From the NCBI GenBank assembly GCA_965644295.1, contig CBFFRP010000288.1, forward strand, positions 1-64,000: a DNA stretch of 64,000 nt, given 5' to 3'. Position 1 is the first letter of the stretch. Every line of letters begins with the position of its first letter. The position numbers and the translations under genes are program-made. The notes under the pieces were generated by a model, which worked only from the letters and a program-made list of their open reading frames with translations, made no database searches and was not told the origin of the DNA. Shown here in pieces: positions 51,720 to 64,000 of the stretch. Origin of the DNA: Paraphysomonas bandaiensis (Eukaryota > Protista > Chrysophyceae).

Positions 51720-51890
51720 CCTTTTTTGGTGTTTACGGAAACGCACAAGGAGTTCTCGTAGCGTTAAATAGTAGGATAATAGTGTTTGTACTAGATAGAG
51801 TAACAGGTAGATGTCTTTCTAGCTTGACTAGTCCTCATCTAGCCACTAAAAGCTGGTGCGGATTTTAACGCCTATCGCTAATAATAAGAC
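51720..51890 (+). mobile_element. 5'-truncated, diverged copy of the SINE-like element
   Basis: CGTAGCGTTAAATAGTAGGATAA...CGCCTATCGCTAATAATAAGAC. Confidence 0.75.
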
Positions 51891-52410
51891 TTTTAATATA
51901 TACCCCTTTCCTATTTGATATCTAGTATCTAGTGCGCGCTGTAAGTAAGTAGGCTTAAATACGATATGAACGTAATGCTTTACCCCGTAACACTTATCGT
52001 TTTGAGTGCAAATGCAATAGTATAATTCCTAACTGTATTGCTTTTATGAATATAGAAAGGATTATTTAACTTGGCAACCTATCTTTTAGAAATGAAGGAA
52101 ATACTTTGCTGAGATTAGTATGAACGTTTCTGTACTAATTTATCTTGAAAATTCAGAAGAAATATAACGCTAGAGTACTCTACTTCTCGTCATTAATAAG
52201 GTCATAATAGTACAGTAAGCTAGTCACTGCGCTCTCCATGGGGTGCCAACAGCTTAGTTTGAAGTTTGGATTACTATATAACATGATCACAAGATTCTAG
52301 ACGGCATATATACTCTACAGCAAAAAATACACCGAAATGAATTACACACGTTATCAAATAGTTCTGTGTTAGGCACTCTTGTATCGACTTTTAAAACGTA
52401 AGCACATTGG

Positions 52411-53538
52411 TTATTGATTTCCGGCAAGGTATGCGTGCACTTGGTTAAAGATACCTTCATCTATGTCCTCCGACTGAATAGAGTTGGCGATGGCGTAGTT
52501 CTTGTATTGTACGATATTTGAGTTAAAAATATCCACGCACCTCATATCATAGGGTTTGTGTAATCGCTGGAAAAAATGGGGTTTAGGATTCTCTTGTCCA
52601 TAATTGGTGGGGGTGGCTTCGTCTGGATTGCAGAACTCAGTACGTATGCGGATATCTTTAGAGTTGAAAGCGCTCACTATTTCACTTATAACAGCCACAA
52701 AATCCTGAGGCAACCATGGCCGCATATCAAATGATCTGAAGTTAATCATGACGTTTGGACCTTCAAGAGAGTATATGTGGTGAGGCCATGCCTTGGGAAA
52801 ACGAAGGATATCACCCGGTCCGGTGCGAACGGTTTGCATTGTAATTTTCTCCAAGTCATTTACGCACACACTGTAAGCCGCATTATAAGCCCCAAGAGCA
52901 AAAGCTTGAAACAGTCCGAAGTAGTCTGTCGGTTTCATCATCAGCCATTCCTTTTCTCCGACAAGCTGAAGTGTAGAAGATTTCTCGAAGCTATTACTGT
53001 GAAAGGACGCAGTTACTTTAGGTTTGGCGGGGTAGCCAATAAATATGTCAGTTCTTGAAAAATCATTCAGGTCAAGATTTGTATTATTCAATACAGTGTA
53101 ATGAGAGTAATTGAGAGACTTAAATCCGGTATAGTGGTCCAAACAAGCAGGGTTTCTATTGATAAGGTCGTTCACAGAACAATCAGCGCGATTATCAGTT
53201 CCAAGGTAGTGTGGTTCCATCAAAGGATTTCCCATTCTACCTTCGCTAGGAATACGCTTCAGATTGAAATTGTTATCGCCAACATTAGCAATGAACTGAT
53301 CCAATTGCTCTCTAGGGACAGCGTTTCTGATAACACAGGGCTCACTGTCCGGGACAATCTCATCACAACTCTTAATATGCTCTAAGTTGAGTTTGGGAAC
53401 AGTAGGAGTACATCCAGGCTTAATTCTTCTGGGATTCATTGTGACAATATATAGCAGGGACATACGATAGGGATACAGCACATATGCAAGTCCAATGAGG
53501 CCTATAGATATCAGCGGAAGTAATGATGTTGATTTCAT
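52411..53538 (-). CDS. JmjC/cupin-like protein with an N-terminal signal or anchor
   Basis: PCVIRNAV, TASFHSN...QLVGEKEW, GPGDILRFPKAWPHHIYS. Confidence 0.85.
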   Translation of the reverse strand: MKSTSLLPLISIGLIGLAYVLYPYRMSLLYIVTMNPRRIKPGCTPTVPKLNLEHIKSCDEIVPDSEPCVIRNAVPREQLDQFIANVGDNNFNLKRIPSEGRMGNPLMEPHYLGTDNRADCSVNDLINRNPACLDHYTGFKSLNYSHYTVLNNTNLDLNDFSRTDIFIGYPAKPKVTASFHSNSFEKSSTLQLVGEKEWLMMKPTDYFGLFQAFALGAYNAAYSVCVNDLEKITMQTVRTGPGDILRFPKAWPHHIYSLEGPNVMINFRSFDMRPWLPQDFVAVISEIVSAFNSKDIRIRTEFCNPDEATPTNYGQENPKPHFFQRLHKPYDMRCVDIFNSNIVQYKNYAIANSIQSEDIDEGIFNQVHAYLAGNQ

Positions 53539-54023
53539 TTTTAATCAACACAATAAATAATTTTCAACTGACACAAATAGATGAAAGGGTTTACAATAAC
53601 TTACTTTCTGATTTCTGACTCAAGATATCACGTGATCAGATCTTTCGTCTTAACTAATCAATCATATAGTTAGATAGTAACATAACTATGTATACTGTAT
53701 CTCCATGTGGTTCATTTTGGATGGTGTAGGAAGCGATCTAAGAATACAGACTGTATATCAACAATACTCTATTGCTGTGTATATATAATACATCATGAAA
53801 TACTGATCTAGAATACTGTTGAATGGTAGGGTGCTACATACACAGCAACTCGAATGGCTAGGAACCAACTGGTAACCATCTATCTCTGTACAGGTACATC
53901 TGCATACATCTCTCATCACCATTGAATTTCTCATACCCACATACATACTCCATTATATAGACATAGACACCATACATACTATTAATAGAAGTACATTAGA
54001 AGGATATAGTAGTCATATATCAA

Positions 54024-56076
54024 ATGCCTAAATTGAAATCAAAGAAATCACGTGTAGAGGAGCCTCAGGGGTCTAATGAGGAGGCCCCAGAGAGCACCAT
54101 TACTCCCCCTATCGAGCAGAAGGAGACTAAACTGAAAAAGAAAAAGAAATCAAAGACTACAGAGGAAAATGTTAGTGAGCAAGGTCAAGGAGACAATCAA
54201 CCTGATACTGAAAGTGTTCCAGAGACAGAGACGAATGAGGTGGTGCCGAAGAAGTCGAAGAAGAGGACACGTGAGGAGAGTGATATTGATGCCTCTCGTG
54301 TGCCTGTGTCCAAATCTGTTCTCAGTGAGCAGCGCTTTGATGAGCTGCCGATTAGTGATAAAACCAAAAGAGCATTGGCTACATTAGGGTTTCAAAATAT
54401 GACTGAAATTCAAGCAAAGTCTATTCCTGATGCTCTTAAGGGAAATGATGTAGTCGGTGCCGCCAAGACTGGGTCAGGGAAAACTTTGTCTTTCCTGATT
54501 CCCATTATTGAACTTCTGTCGGGAATCGAGTTTACGCGGAAGCAGGGCACCGGAGCTGTGGTTATATCCCCTACTAGAGAATTGTCTCTCCAGATCTATG
54601 GCGTTCTTCGTGATCTCATTGAGCACTCCGGACATCCTCAGACTCACGGGTTGGTCATGGGCGGTGCCAACCGCAAGGCCGAAGCGGACAAGCTCGTTAA
54701 AGGAGTGAATATTCTTGTTGCTACTCCAGGAAGGCTTTTGGACCATCTGGCTAACACAAGGGGATTCAATTTCCAGCGGTTACAAGTGCTTGTTGTTGAT
54801 GAGGCAGATCGTATCCTTGAGCAGGGATTTGAGGAGGATATGCATCAGGTCAGATTTTACTATGTATATGCAATATACTAGTTCTTGACTCGTGGTCTTA
54901 TTGTAACGATGAATATAGATTATAAAACTTCTCCCCCGTCAGCGGCAGACGATTCTATTCAGTGCCACTCAGACGCGCAAAGTTGAGGACCTCGCCCGAC
55001 TCTCTATCCAAAATACCCCTATTTACGTAGGGGTACATGATGAGTCATCCGTTGCAACAGTGGATGGATTACAGCAGGGCTACGTTTTGTGTTCAGCTGA
55101 AATGCGTTTCATGCTTCTGTTTACCTTCCTCAAGAAAAATAAGAACAAGAAAATCATGGTGTGTATATGTCTTGGTATATTATTACATGTGTATGCAAAA
55201 GCTGGAAATAGTTTGAAGTTGCTGTGATCTTTTATGAACAGTAGCTATAGAAATTTCCTATATTAGTGGAGAAGTATATGTATGTGGTACTGTGTTCGGT
55301 ATCTCGAAATGCAACTCCTCACATCTCTATGTCATTTACAGGTTTTCTTTTCGTCGTGCAATTCCGTTAAATTTCATGCTGAATTACTCAACTACATTGA
55401 TATCGAAGTGATGGACATCCACGGCAACCAGAAACAGCAGAAACGTACAACTACATTCTTTCAGTTTTGCAAGCAGAGCAAAGGTATCCTCTTGTGTACT
55501 GACGTAGCGGCTAGGGGGCTCGATATTCCAGCCGTGGACTGGATCGTACAATATGACCCTCCAGATGATCCGAAGGAGTACATACACAGAGTCGGAAGGA
55601 CTGGAAGAGGTGTGGCAACTGCTGGTCGAGCGCTACTTTTCCTACTTCCAGAAGAGACTGCTTTCCTACGGTACTTGCGGGCTGCGAAAGTTAATCTCCA
55701 GGAGTATGAATTTCCGAGCCACAAGATTGCAAATATATCCTCCCAGCTTATTAGTTTGATAGAAAAGAATTATTACTTGCATAAAAGCGCGAAAGATGCC
55801 TATCGATCATATCTTCTCAGCTATGCGTCACACAGTCATAAAGACATTTTCAATGTTCACAGTATCGATCTTCAGGGTACCGCAAAGGCCTTTGGATTCA
55901 GTGTTCCTCCTCGCGTAGATCTCAATTTCAGCGCAAGAGGAGATAAATCAGGTCGAAGAAAGAAGCAAAAAGTAGAAGCTGGAAAGGAAAAGTTTGGGTC
56001 GTCTGGACATGCGTTTTCTGCTGAAAATCCTTACGGAAAGCGTGCTGAAGGCGATAAGCGACAGTTCAGTAGATAA
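54024..56076 (+). CDS. HAS1: DEAD-box RNA helicase HAS1/DDX18, 3 exons
   Basis: [68 protein letters not shown]. Confidence 0.97.
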
Positions 56077-57404
56077 ATTTTCATTGTGCTTTGTATTGTT
56101 CAAGTTTCCAAGAGCAATGCCTGATACAATTCTTGGAGTTATTTATATGATAGTATAACGATTAATAGTATTCGTATTTTGTCATAAGCATTGCTGAATA
56201 TCCTCCTTATATGGAAGTGTGGATGAATATCCCTCTTAGGTCAGTTTGAGGATTTTGAGATCTATTCAAAACTCACCAAATATTATATATACTTGTGGAC
56301 GTCTATACTCTACATTCACTCCTCATTGAAGAATAATAAATTCGGGTGAAAATAAAAATAAAGATTGCTAATGAATAATAGGAGCTCAAGAATAGGTGAT
56401 AATGAGGTATTAGTGTTACCATTGCACTGATAGTACTACTTTATAGACACACTAGTACTAAATAGTTATATAGCTGTAGAATTGCTTGACTGCATAATAA
56501 AATCTATAATTTATTATTTGCAATCTACTATCTACTAAGTTATAGTATATATTTATAGTTATCTACTACTGTCAATATATTGCAATAGTACTGTTTATTC
56601 GTCTTTAAAACTCCATCAATATTACTGGGGAGGCACTATCTAAGTATAGTATTGCAATATATTGTTCCCTAGCCCTGAGGAATACTTTAACTTGCTGTAT
56701 ATGTGAGGCCCACATCAGTGTACATGACTATCGCAGAGAAAACCTTTTAGAATTCGATCAGTCCTTGTGGTACGACATCGTGGTCTAAGAAAGTTCATAA
56801 CACGACGTTGTATCCTGTCCACACAATATCCTTCCAGGTATGTCACTGGATGAGATAAGCCTAAGGTAGATGCACTACATTTTGGCAGAAGATTTCTTGT
56901 CTTATCCAGGCACTCAGCGATTAACGATGACATAGAAAAGGGTGCTCTGCTTCCACCAATACATATCTATAACATTGAGGACTGTAGAGGACAAAATCTA
57001 AGAATATCATCATTGTATCATCTTGTGTACCGATGTACCTATACACCATATACTGCTGTACTGATATATGTAGAGGAGGACACCGACTGCTGTAGGTAGT
57101 CTTGTTGCGTGTACCTGTCTAAAATACAATATATGTACTTCTGTACAATGCAGGAGGACTTAAATATATATTACCGCAAAGGAGGCAGGTGTGTGTGTAG
57201 TTATCTAGGCGACCAATGAACATCCTCTCTGCATATATAGATGGGGAGCAGATAGCAGTACATTGATTAAACAACAGCTATCTTTGTTGTTTTGAATAAA
57301 TCTCTCTACTGCAAGTAATCTGAGGACTTTCATACTGCACCGGTGTTTATATTGTTGCAATATTTGGTTTATAGTTATATATATAAGTATATCGTTCAGA
57401 AACT

Positions 57405-58929
57405 ATGACTAGTAGCAAGAAGAGACCTCGCCCTGGTAAGAGCAGATGGGATAGTAGTAGTGATGAGGAGGGGGATGAAGATGTAAGTCCTGTAAAGGTA
57501 TGCAGTAAGCGTAGTGGAAGTTTGGAGAGAGATAGCAATGGTGTAGTGATGGAGAGCAAAGAAGCCACCACTAGGGAGGACTTTGCTGACATTGAACCTG
57601 ATGGGACTAATACTGATATGGGGGCGTGTACAACAGACAAATCTCCGGATGAAACGAATTTTTCTGCTGGTGTACCGAGCACAAGTGAGGATGTCTCGCT
57701 GCAACAGAGCAATAGTCGACCTCGAGGACATGTTCCACTTTTTGATGGATGTCGGAGAGTGGAATCCTACCAGCGCCTCAACTTTATCGACCAAGGGACG
57801 TATGGGGTTGTATTCCGCGCGCGATGTGCCGAGACTGGCGAAATCGTCGCTGTAAAGCAAGTGAAGCCTACCAAGGTGGAACATAAGGTTGGATTTCCTG
57901 TAACCGCCCTACGCGAGACGAATATCTTGCTTTCCCTTAGACACCCCAATATTGTTCATGTGAAGGAAATGGTAGTGGGGTCTACTCCAGATAAGGTGTA
58001 CATGGTTATGGAGTGTTTGGAGAACGACCTCAAATCTTGTATGGAGTCCACCTCTTCACCCTTTTCAATATCAGAGGTAGCGCTCACAGTTCCTATGCTA
58101 TTTGACTGAGATGAAGTACTTGTAGGTTAAAAGGTTAATGCTTCAACTTTTAGGAGCTGTTGAGCATATGCACAAGAACTGGTACATCCATCGCGACTTG
58201 AAAACTTCGAATCTGCTATACAGCAATAAGGGTAAGCTCGCTGTGTGCGACTTTGGAATGGCGAGGAAATATGGCAGGTGAGCCTCGCGGCATGCTTTGT
58301 TTTTAATTAACCTAGTTTCCTGCGCGATAGTCCTCTGCAAGCATATACATTCGAGGTGGTGACACTGTGGTACCGTGCACCGGAACTTTTACTGGGGCAG
58401 ACACTGTATTCTACCCCAGTTGATATGTGGTCTGTAGGGTGCATATTCGGTGAGTTAATGCTGCGGAAACCTTTGTTTCCTGGGCAGGGAGAACCAGACC
58501 AGGTCATTAAAATATTCAAGGTACTCGGGGCACCGTCAGAGCAGAAGTGGACTGGATACTCAGAACTTCCCAATTGTAATAAAATTAGCCTTTCCCGATT
58601 GCCTTCCAGGTAGTGTACGAACCAATTGTCTGCATATACTGACGATTGCATTCAGGAGTAAACTCAAAGATCTTTTTCCAAGCACTGCTTTTGGTGGGGG
58701 AATTAGTTTGTCTGACTCCGGTTTCGATCTCCTTTCTAGACTCCTCCACATGGATCCCAAGCAGGTGCAGCTGTATGTATTAGCATGTCCTGCGTCGTCT
58801 AACATTCCTATACAGCGTATTTCAGCTTCTGAAGCTCTAAAGCATGAGTGGTTTACGGAGCAACCGCTTCCGTGCCCAGAAGAACTAATGCCAGTATTTA
58901 AATCAAGGCACGACGACACCGGAAAGTAG
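57405..58929 (+). CDS. CDK11: Cyclin-dependent kinase of the CDK11/CDK10 (PITSLRE/CDKG) group, multi-exon
   Basis: [65 protein letters not shown]. Confidence 0.9.
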
Positions 58930-59408
58930 GAAGAGGGTAGCCGATCTTGTGTAATGTGCAAATGTTCATACGGAATTTCTTTAGCATGAGGAGTCAGTTT
59001 ACCAAATAGAATAACACTAACTCTTGTCAGGATGGTACCTTGCCTAGCTTTACATTTTTAGCGAATACATCACTAACTGTCATTATTATATTTACACCCA
59101 TTATGGTGTGTGTAGATTATCTATCAAACAAAAATTCCCTTGTAGCGATAATACTTATGGTTATAATCATGAAGTAAAATTCAAATAAACGTATGCATAA
59201 ACTCGTAGACTTTGCAATAGAAATGCGCTCTCTGAATGCGCCTATTGCTTTAGCTTTCACTCTTCATAACTTGGAAATATACGCTCCGTCCATATATGAT
59301 GATATACTTCCATCATATCAAAAAAAACACTTGTGGTTCAATGCACATGACAATAACTTGTAATGATCAATACAACTAAAATATACTGTCTATATGTCTA
59401 CTGCTCAA

Positions 59409-60026
59409 TCATGTTGGGCGTGATAATGATATCGGGGTAGCTTCCTGCTTATTCACCCCTGTATCACAACTGCAACTGGTGTCTTCTACTAGTTTCTTGA
59501 AGTGTGAAATTTTCCATTTTTTATCAGGGTCGGGAGATGTGTACCATGGGCACAATTCTGTGATCGTATCATGAATATTGTCGTTCAAGTTGTCGTATTC
59601 GGCGAAAACAGATATTATAGCTTTCCAAATGGGATTGTACTTCTCACCATCATATTGAGAGACACCAGGAGATTTCAGCAGTACTAACAATATTTTTGCA
59701 TTACAATAAACTGTTAGGCAATATTATTCACTTACTTTTTGTTAAAGACATCCTCAAAAATATCTTGATATCATCGTCATTATATTCACTAAGCATATCA
59801 GATATAGGGTTACATTCTGGCTCTTGGTATCCTATTATGACTGCTTGTCCAAAAGTCACACGCTTCGGTGACAGCCTCTGCTTGTGTTTCTCTCTATCCT
59901 TATCCCTCTCTTTATCCTTATCTCCCTGTATATCCTTATAGCCCTGTATCTGTATCTCCTTCTCTTCTAGGGCACCTCTTCCCTCTATTTCATTACATGT
60001 GTTGGATTCTGAAATAAAAGACATAT
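59409..60026 (-). CDS. Hypothetical spliced protein; the start may lie further upstream (~60163)
   Basis: Two adjacent protein-like ORFs separated by a GTAAGT...AG candidate intron. Confidence 0.5.
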
Positions 60027-60660
60027 GCTTCGTTCCTTGAAAAAAAACTTACAAACCAATAGATGAGATCTCACAGTAATCAATCACCACTGGTTGTACA
60101 ATAGTGGTAGTGATGTTGATCATATATGTACCAGTGGTGAGGTAATTGAAGAAGTATTCCATATTCACATACACGGCACTTCCGCGAATATTGCTACTAA
60201 AAAAAGGTAACACTTGTGACCTTGAAAGAGAAAATAGGGGATTTTTGAGTAAAAGATGTGAAAATGAGATCTAAATTGCCGTGTTTTCAAACAAATCTAG
60301 AATAAATTTACAAAGAAATGTGATTTCGTATCCAGTGTAGCGTACTGTATGATGTGCGGCCGTGTAATCATATGGACGTACATATGATTGGCATATGTCC
60401 CCATATTGTACACAGCAGATTGTATATGAATATATGAGGGCTCGAAGTGAGCACTTTCACATTCACATACATGTACAGTAGATTAAACTTGTTATACTAC
60501 TCGTACGAATATCTGCAACACCATCCCACAGAAAGTCCTGGTTTTATGATTTTCCACTTGATGTACATATAAAAGATGTGCAGTATATACTAACTCTCCA
60601 TATTAAAGCTAATGCTAATGTATCACTATGTATAAATGTCTGATTATTAGCTATAGACGT

Positions 60661-60801
60661 GTCTAATTATTAGCAATAGAAGTGTAAGAGTCAGAAGTAA
60701 TGTCACAAAACAATTTAACTAACTAGTGCTTAACCTGATATCCTACTATTTATTTAGCGCTACGAAAGCTGCTTGTGCGGTGCTGCAACCACTTTCGCTC
60801 T
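60661..60801 (-). mobile_element. 5'-truncated copy of the SINE-like element
   Basis: Reverse complement GCGAAAGTGG...GCACAAGCAGCTTTCGTAGCG...CTATTGCTAATAATTAGAC. Confidence 0.75.
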
Positions 60802-61851
60802 ATTGCTCAAAGCAAACGCAGTGAGAAAGCAGAATGTTGATATACCTGACATTTGATGACTTCAGGGAAATATCTCTATCATATTAATTCTGAACATATG
60901 GCATTAGACAGATCCGAGAGTCATATCATTATAAATTCAAGCGATACAAACTAAAAGTATTTCATACATCACTGATGTCAGTGAGTTTATTAATAACATC
61001 AATGGAAACACCAGTTCAAAGCATACGATTCTACAATACAAAAGATAGACATCTGTATAAATATATATTACATATAACACAGTATTGGTGCAACTTTTAA
61101 ATATTATCTGATACGGTATTTGTTATGAATATAGTTTGTAATAGAGATTGTAAATATAAAATTGCATATTCTAAATGTGTTGCGTTTCTGTCAGCATTGA
61201 AATTTGAGCATCTTTCTAGAAACGGTTAGACCTTGAGATGTTGAGAAAATAATACTACGTAGATATAATCGACAAAATTGAACTTTATGGCCAACTGTTA
61301 CAAACTCGTTTGCTAGTTATATCCTAGTTTGAAAAATATTTCATCTAAAATGCATTATTAAAAACATTTGTACTTGTATACGGAATCACTAATTTTAACA
61401 ATGCATGTGATAACGTTATAAAACCGAATGATACTGTCATTAATTAGCAGATGCCAACTAGTACCGACATAGAAACACGTTCATCACGTCTAAAGTATTT
61501 TTGTATTTACACCAAAGGATGTTATGTCAAGTTCAATGAGGATGAAATTGGCAACCACCTCTAGCACATCAAAACAAAGTTAAAGATGGTATACACACAG
61601 AGAAGGGCAAAATAATAAGGTATATATGTGTCATTGCATACACATGGCCATACAGTACTCCTTATAGCCAGAACTAATAGCAATGGGTATTAATATAGAA
61701 AGCTTGTAGCAAGTCAACAGAGGCTCTACCGGTGACCCTTCTTATGCTTTCAGCAATAAAATGTAGCACGTATAAATACATATATAACAAAAAGCGCTAC
61801 CTGTATCTGCGTAGATAGACACTAATATATGCAGTGTATTGATGATCCGAT

Positions 61852-62944
61852 TTAATCGTCAGTTGCTATGCGCTGGGCTGCATATAAACTAGATAGTTCC
61901 GACATAACATCTTTGTGCTGTACTAGTTCCTTTGCTTTCTTTATAGACGCATAGTTTTCTTTTACAAACAAACTGTACAGGAGAATGATGAGTTCAAGAT
62001 CTCCCGGTAAGAAAATATACCTGAATCCTGATGCCTCGCGCTGTTTCTTTGGCTGCGTAAATTAAATTGGTATCACCAGACGACCAATATACATACTAAC
62101 GTACCGTTCCATTGGCATTAAAAGCACCACTATAGACTAATCTCGACCGGCATATTCCACATACATGTCTGCGAATTTTACACCGTAACTTTTTATATAG
62201 TATACACTGTGGAGTCGTTACTACCTAGTAGGGTCCACTCCTTTCTTGCTATGGCGAGAGTATATTTTTCCACATGATTCATTCGTACATTGAAATTTGT
62301 GCGGTGTGTGAATTTCATATGAATGACATCGGGTGACAGTAATACCAGGAATTTGTCGTTCAGCACGTCTGGCCCATTTCCAAAAACACTCTCCATGGGC
62401 AGGCTTAGCAACTCCATCAATCAGCCATGCAGCAGCATGACACATTTCGTGCGCGAGCGTCTGCCGCAGGCGCTCTTCATTGTCAATGACCTTGTCATAA
62501 ATGCAATCACATATTGACATATTTGGCAATAGACGTAAAGCACACCTTCTCCGACAACTCAATGGAAGCTTCACGGGGGCTAGATGATAATGATCTCTTT
62601 ACAAATCTTGTATAGCCAGCAGTTTTCGTAAGTCTTTTACTCCACGAAACTGTCATATCAGGTGGTAGTTCGTTTCTAAAAGCTGCCTTATTATACTCTG
62701 AGAAATATTTCGCTGTTAACTTATCTCTATTTGCAGAGAACTTTCTGTTACATAGAGGGGTTACTGGGGGTTTACAAGGCACAGTTACAGGCATAGTGTT
62801 GCATGATTTATCTTGTGAATGATCATCAGTATCATTATCTCTGGTTGTCGTATGTGATAGTAGCTCATGTATGCTAAAACACTTCGACCAATTGTATTTT
62901 ATATCAAGAGATTTCAATTGAGTGAGTGTAGAAGATGTCCTCAT
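61852..62944 (-). CDS. GCNA/ACRC-like SprT metalloprotease with a zinc finger and HMG-like C-terminus, multi-exon
   Basis: WSKRLTKTAG, IELSEK|VID, TLAHEMCHAAAWLID, HGECFWKW, CHSYEI, CGICRSRL, YSLFVKENY. Confidence 0.9.
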
Positions 62945-63506
62945 TTTATAGTTCAATATGAGAGGGGTAATATGCAGAGATCATCCTCTTAATGTGACTT
63001 ACTGCTCATGTATATGCAGTGAGACTGGTGGGGAGATATCCACAACATATCCATATAATAAAATATGCTTTTTTGTAATAAAACTCTGTAAAAATTGCAA
63101 TCGATAATATATAAACCCCCCTTTTTTATATCATTTTCCTTTCCTAAGATCATACAATACCCCAAAGTACATGCTCGAGATAACGGCTACATTATGCTGG
63201 AGGCCTGTTTGCTCCTATAATCCTTATGCTTCCACTGTTGAATAAAATTATCTTGTCCACTTACTGTGTATATGCCATGGCTGGGTAATCGGAAATCGTG
63301 CCAGAGTGCTCGTATTCTCTAAAATATATATCCCCTGTTGTTTCTGTTGTATGAATGCATGCAGCTATATCACGTACGATAATTCACACACATGATGATG
63401 TCTAAAGGTCAGCTGCTATGATTGATTCTCCAACTGGATCATCTCTTGCTTGCAACTGAACCATGAAGGCATATTGATTAGAAGTAACCACTATGCATGC
63501 CTCTGC

Positions 63507-64000
63507 TCCCTCAACAAAGTCAGACTCGCACCTTTTCGTGGTGTTCTGGGGGAAAAGTACCGGAGAGACTCTCTCTGGGAAATTAACGTGAGCCGCAAAC
63601 ATAGTCAGCAGATATTCTTCAGCCCACTCATAGCCGAATGCTTGTGTGGTACAAGGGACACCAATAAGTGTCACTTGTGTAGACGTCTTTGGGCCCTGAC
63701 AAATAAACAGGCATCCGGAAATGGGCCCACCTCAAGGGCATCCGGGACAGGGCCCACCTGAAGGGTAACCGGGGTATTGGGCTGCCTGCTGAAGTCAAGC
63801 ATCCAGGATGTTTACCTTGAGAACTCAGAGCGGAAGTGGTCGCACCTTGGTGCTTGCGGTGACGCACAAGCAGCTTCCGTAGCGTTAAATAGTAGGATAA
63901 AAAAAGTGTGTACTGATTAGTTACAGGTAGAGGTCTAACTAGTTTTCCTAGCATTCATCTAGCAACTAAGTTGGTGCAGGTTTTTAACGCCTATTGCTAA
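63507..64000 (+). mobile_element. SINE-like element, longest copy H (reaches the window end)
   Basis: TCCCTCAACAAAGTCAGACTCGCACCTTTTCGTGGT ... TTTAACGCCTATTGCTAA. Confidence 0.88.

Noticed and set aside
56715-56933. 72-aa minus-strand ORF between HAS1 and the CDK
   Set aside because: No recognisable motif or supporting exon structure; cannot be supported from sequence alone

Overview
Compact, AT-rich eukaryotic genome with short (about 45-60 nt) GT-AG introns. It is probably a stramenopile-type protist; this is inferred from gene style and not proven. Positions 1-13069 hold a head-to-tail array of a ~2.12-kb unit (6 full periods plus a partial one, running off the left edge). Each unit carries an invariant 136-aa minus-strand ORF resembling a stand-alone retrotransposon Gag capsid N-terminal domain, plus a probable spliced plus-strand gene. 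The array ends abruptly against a 5'-truncated EGF-repeat pseudogene. The rest is a gene-dense region: TRM6, PKG-like kinase, CCT5, eEF2, RPA43, an ADD+PHD reader, a ubiquitin-eS30 fusion, a RING protein, an ankyrin protein, a GH28 pseudogene, a JmjC protein, HAS1/DDX18, a CDK11-like kinase and a GCNA/SprT protein. Between these lie mobile-element relics (Copia, a Polinton-type integrase, hAT fragments and a hairpin, a pair of ~147-bp inverted repeats 11 kb apart) and eight copies or fragments of a ~500-bp SINE-like element. The 5' end of that element resembles an HDV-like ribozyme and its 3' end carries a TAA-repeat tail. All family calls come from reading motifs by eye; no searches were run.
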